NCBI RefSeq assembly: GCF_964204865.1
Contig: NC_135261.1
Span: 12,028,001 to 12,092,000 of the forward strand
Length of the DNA stretch: 64,000 nucleotides
Source: Styela clava
Lineage: Eukaryota
Direction of reading: 5' to 3'
Shown: positions 60,601 to 64,000 of the stretch, piece after piece
Layout of the letters: every line of letters starts with the position of its first letter
How positions within the stretch are numbered: position 1 is the first letter of the stretch
Notes under the pieces: model-generated
What the model saw: only the letters and a program-made list of their open reading frames with translations
Told to the model about the DNA's origin: nothing
Database searches by the model: none
Made by a program: the position numbers and the translations under genes

Positions 60601-61388
60601 CAGCGTTTCCCAAACTGTGTTCCGCGGAACACTAGTGTTCCGCGATCGTCTTCCGAGTCTTCCGTGGAAAAGAAATCAATTACGTCTAAATTGGTCGCCA
60701 CGGCGATTTAGTGATCGTGAAATTGTCACCCATCTGACCGTTCGACATCGCTTTAACGTCGGCCTAAAGCGGACTATCTTGGGCAGGGTAGTGGCAATTT
60801 CGTTAACCATCGGCCTTGCTTTTTTACTGTTACGTTCATTATCAAGTTTACAGCAATCCTTTTAGCTATAGGCAAACAAGTTGGTATATCTAAATAATAA
60901 TAATAGTCTACTTTTCTTCCTCCATCTCTGCCTAGTTTTACTTTAACGTTATTGAAAAAAATACTCATGTTCGATGAACATGGTTCAGCAGATAAATACA
61001 CTGCATGTCTGCAGTTCGCGAAATTTCGGCAAGTACTTCTATCTCCATTAGACGTGAAATTAGAGGCAATAAACACTGCGGAATGGAAAGTAAATGACAT
61101 AGAAAGATAAAATGAATTTATGATTCACATACAAAGCATTTAAATTAGGCAGCGGTAAAACATTTATAATTATTGCAACATGTAATATATTCAATTCTAT
61201 TTTAGGTAACACAATTCTGTTAGTTTTCGCGGCGCATTTGGCAACTCGCAGCGGCAAACCCATGGGGAACCCCCACATTATACACAGTTTTTCTTCAACA
61301 ATTTTACCCTTTCCTTATTTGGTGTTCCGCGAGGCGAGATAAAAAAGTGCAAGTGTTCCGTGACAAAAAAAAAATTTGGGAAACGCTG
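60601..61388. mobile_element. Non-autonomous hAT (Charlie-like) element, 788 bp
   Basis: Perfect 14-bp TIR CAGCGTTTCCCAAA / TTTGGGAAACGCTG; TSD TTCTATGG vs TTCTATAG (7/8 match); subterminal GTGTTCCG repeats. Confidence 0.9.
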
Positions 61389-63353
61389 TTCTATAGTAAT
61401 ATTAAAGCTTTAGTCCGTCAAGTTCACTGTCATTAAACAGGTGCAAACTTACGGTTAACCGGGAGTACTAGTCGCAATATGATAGCAATGCGCCATGTAT
61501 GTAGGCTATGTATAAGAAATATGCTCTCTCGGGACAAATATCGGCAAACACGATCATTGGAAATATGACAATTAGAGAGAAGGATTGGGAAACGGAAAAG
61601 TCATGTTTTTATACCAGCTAGGTCTGTTGTATTTGAATATAGTCAATAGGAATAAAATATCCCAATATTACAAATTGGACAGGCAGAAACAAAAAGAAGA
61701 TCTTATCCATCTGGTCGGAAATTCAGTTGATAGTTGAATAGGGACGATGGCGGTCTGTGAACAAAAACATATTTGATGTAGAACAGTGTAACATCACATG
61801 AAGGATCATAAGCATATGTACAAGCTGCTGGAAGTACACGGAGTACTTGGACGGAGTACTTGGAGCCTACGTGGACGCCGCGAATATGGTTATGGAAGAG
61901 TCCTTTCGAATTATTAGTAAATGAAAAAAAAAATGTCGGGCTGTTCCTCAATCAAAAATAACCGCACGAAATGCGACTTTCGAGAAAGCTGTTTCGATTT
62001 GAAGATAAATAATTATATATATATATATATAAATGTGCAGTACGAAAACAGGAAACCGCCGTAATCTAGTATTTGACCGATATATATATATAAGTACAGT
62101 TGACTTTGAGTTAAGAAAGTACAGTTGAACTAATTTTGCTTCAGTGGACGTCGAAGCGGCATGATTTCTTCAACGCATGACGCTATCGTCGATTCGTGGT
62201 GATACTTCACATAGCCGTAAAAGATTATTATTCATGTGTATCTTGAACCGAATTTACTGTAGAACACAATGGCGAACGAATAATTTCAAGGTTACATCTG
62301 CAGATTTTGTAATACAAGCTAATGTGAATGAAATTTAGGAACCATGTTTATTCGTTTTACGACAGTTTGTGATCACTAGTTTCAGCAAAGCATAACTTGC
62401 TTTTGTTTTCATTCCGTAAAGTAATATTTATATTAAGGTGATAATTCTTTTTTCACTAAACATCAATATATACTGATATTTTGGTTTGAAGTTTTTCTTT
62501 TCAACCCTACCGAGATATTGTTGCTACAGTGGTGTTGTAAATACTTTATATGGTAACAAAGAGGACCAAATCTATTTACTTTGAATACATTTTTCAAATG
62601 TAGGAAAAATGTATAAAATCAAACAAAAACGACTACAGTTGATATAATATAGTTGTAACATCACATATATGAAAATCGCTTGAATTGTTCCAATTCAAAG
62701 AGTACTTTCCATATAGGCACTGTGAATAAAATGAAGAAATGTACAATAAAACATCGGCTTCCTATTTGTTTATTTGGGCCGAGGGATTCGGTCAGTATTT
62801 TGTGGCCTAAGACAGTCGTCTCAATGAAACATTTTTACATGTTTTTCACTTTATCGTCAATATATGTCGCTAAAAATAAAGCCCTGAGTCTACATCACAA
62901 TTCATATATACATAACTCATATTGGATGAAATAACAAATACATTATCAATCTCTATGTTGTATACTTGGTTGAGGATCAATATTGGGTTTTAGAAATAAA
63001 TGATTATTTAAAAACGGGTGCCGCTGCACGATAACAATATTAGTTTTCCGCGTCTCCCTTCACCCTCTAATTCAAATTTCTTCCTATATAACTTAATGTA
63101 GCCTACTTTGTATGTTGTGAGTTCTTTTTCAGCATGGTAAAAAAATGAATTACTGATTACTAAAAACAACTTCGGAAAACCTTCAGGATGATTTGCAAGG
63201 TTTCATACTTTAAAAACAGAGGAAATCACTTTGCTAAATCGTTTTGTTATTCTATACATTTTTCGAAATTCATTAGTATATATATATCTATTTTCGGATA
63301 TTTAAAAATAGCTTTTTAAGTAACTCTTACAGAGTTATATTAACGACAACGAA

Positions 63354-63539
63354 ATGCAAATTCAAAATTTCTTTGAATATGTTGGATCAACCGGATATTA
63401 TCATAAACAATTATATGTGTTGGTCGGCCTAAGTTCGATACCAAACTTACTTATTGCCGTACATTTCGTTTTCACGTTCTACGAGCCAGATTTTCACTGC
63501 ATACCAACAATGGGTTGGAATTTTACACTTTCAGAAAAC
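63354..63539 (+). CDS. SLC22-family organic cation/anion transporter, first coding exon (gene continues past the window)
   Basis: MQIQNFFEYVGSTGYYHKQLY + TM1 + FTFYEPDFHC fits the SLC22 N-terminus (F..VG.FG.YQ...TM1...P.H.C), followed by an N-glycosylation sequon NFT and the donor gtgagt at 63540. Confidence 0.8.
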
Positions 63540-64000
63540 GTGAGTAATTAGGATAATGGAATATGTTTATCAATGTTTCGCTGAATTAGAACAAAAACAA
63601 TCCATGTCCAATAAATTTGTCTAAGTTACTGGGCACGATGGACTGGTGGTTAAAACGTTCGATTACGAACTTTAATGGGTCATTACTTAGAAGTGGTCTT
63701 GTTCGGAGTCAAAGTCGTATTTATATATCGCATAAGCAAATTGTTTGTAAATATTGTGTTATTAAAAGCAATGGTTACTTTGTAATATGCGATGTAATGA
63801 ATATGTACCGCTGATTATGATAATGTAGAAGGGAGTGATAAAATTACATTACAAATTGCAATATTACGTTTTAATTAATATATATCTATTTCAAATTTTT
63901 GTTCGCACGCTCAGTACGCGATGAATTAAATTCATATGAAACAATTTCCAGGAAAGGATGTAATAATACTTTTTTAATTTTTAAGATTTCTGAGGAATCT

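Noticed and set aside
60617-61278. ORFs inside the 60601-61388 element as a possible transposase
   Set aside because: They are short and lack BED finger, DDE or hAT dimerisation motifs.
10664-63539. Carnitine pathway cluster (BBOX-like plus SLC22)
   Set aside because: The genes are ~47 kb apart with five unrelated genes between them, both families are large, and neither substrate is established.

Overview
AT-rich eukaryotic animal DNA with compact genes and short GT-AG introns. An invertebrate chordate such as an ascidian is my inference, not confirmed. The ORF track mostly shows exon fragments, so I built gene models by hand from splice sites and reading-frame phase. Genes in order: a 4-exon BTB/POZ protein with no visible DNA-binding domain (+, 747-4933); a 10-exon gamma-butyrobetaine dioxygenase-like gene with a doubled Zn motif and at least one frameshift as assembled (+, 10664-16463); intronless SARNP (+); 6-exon CPPED1 (+); 14-exon CERT1 with a candidate 24-nt microexon (+, 33429-51102); 5-exon DCTN3 (-); an intronless BTB plus 8xC2H2 ZBTB gene (-); and the first exon of an SLC22 transporter (+). 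Non-coding DNA holds five copies of a tRNA-derived SINE, six non-autonomous hAT elements with 8-bp TSDs (two nested around a third repeat) and a Mutator-like MITE. The most notable signal is a dispersed ~90-bp repeat carrying a minimal hammerhead ribozyme. Near-intact copies lie at 16.7 kb (-) and 49.8 kb (+, sense inside a CERT1 intron), with a decayed copy at 51.8 kb. No CRISPR, rRNA or intact tRNA gene was seen.
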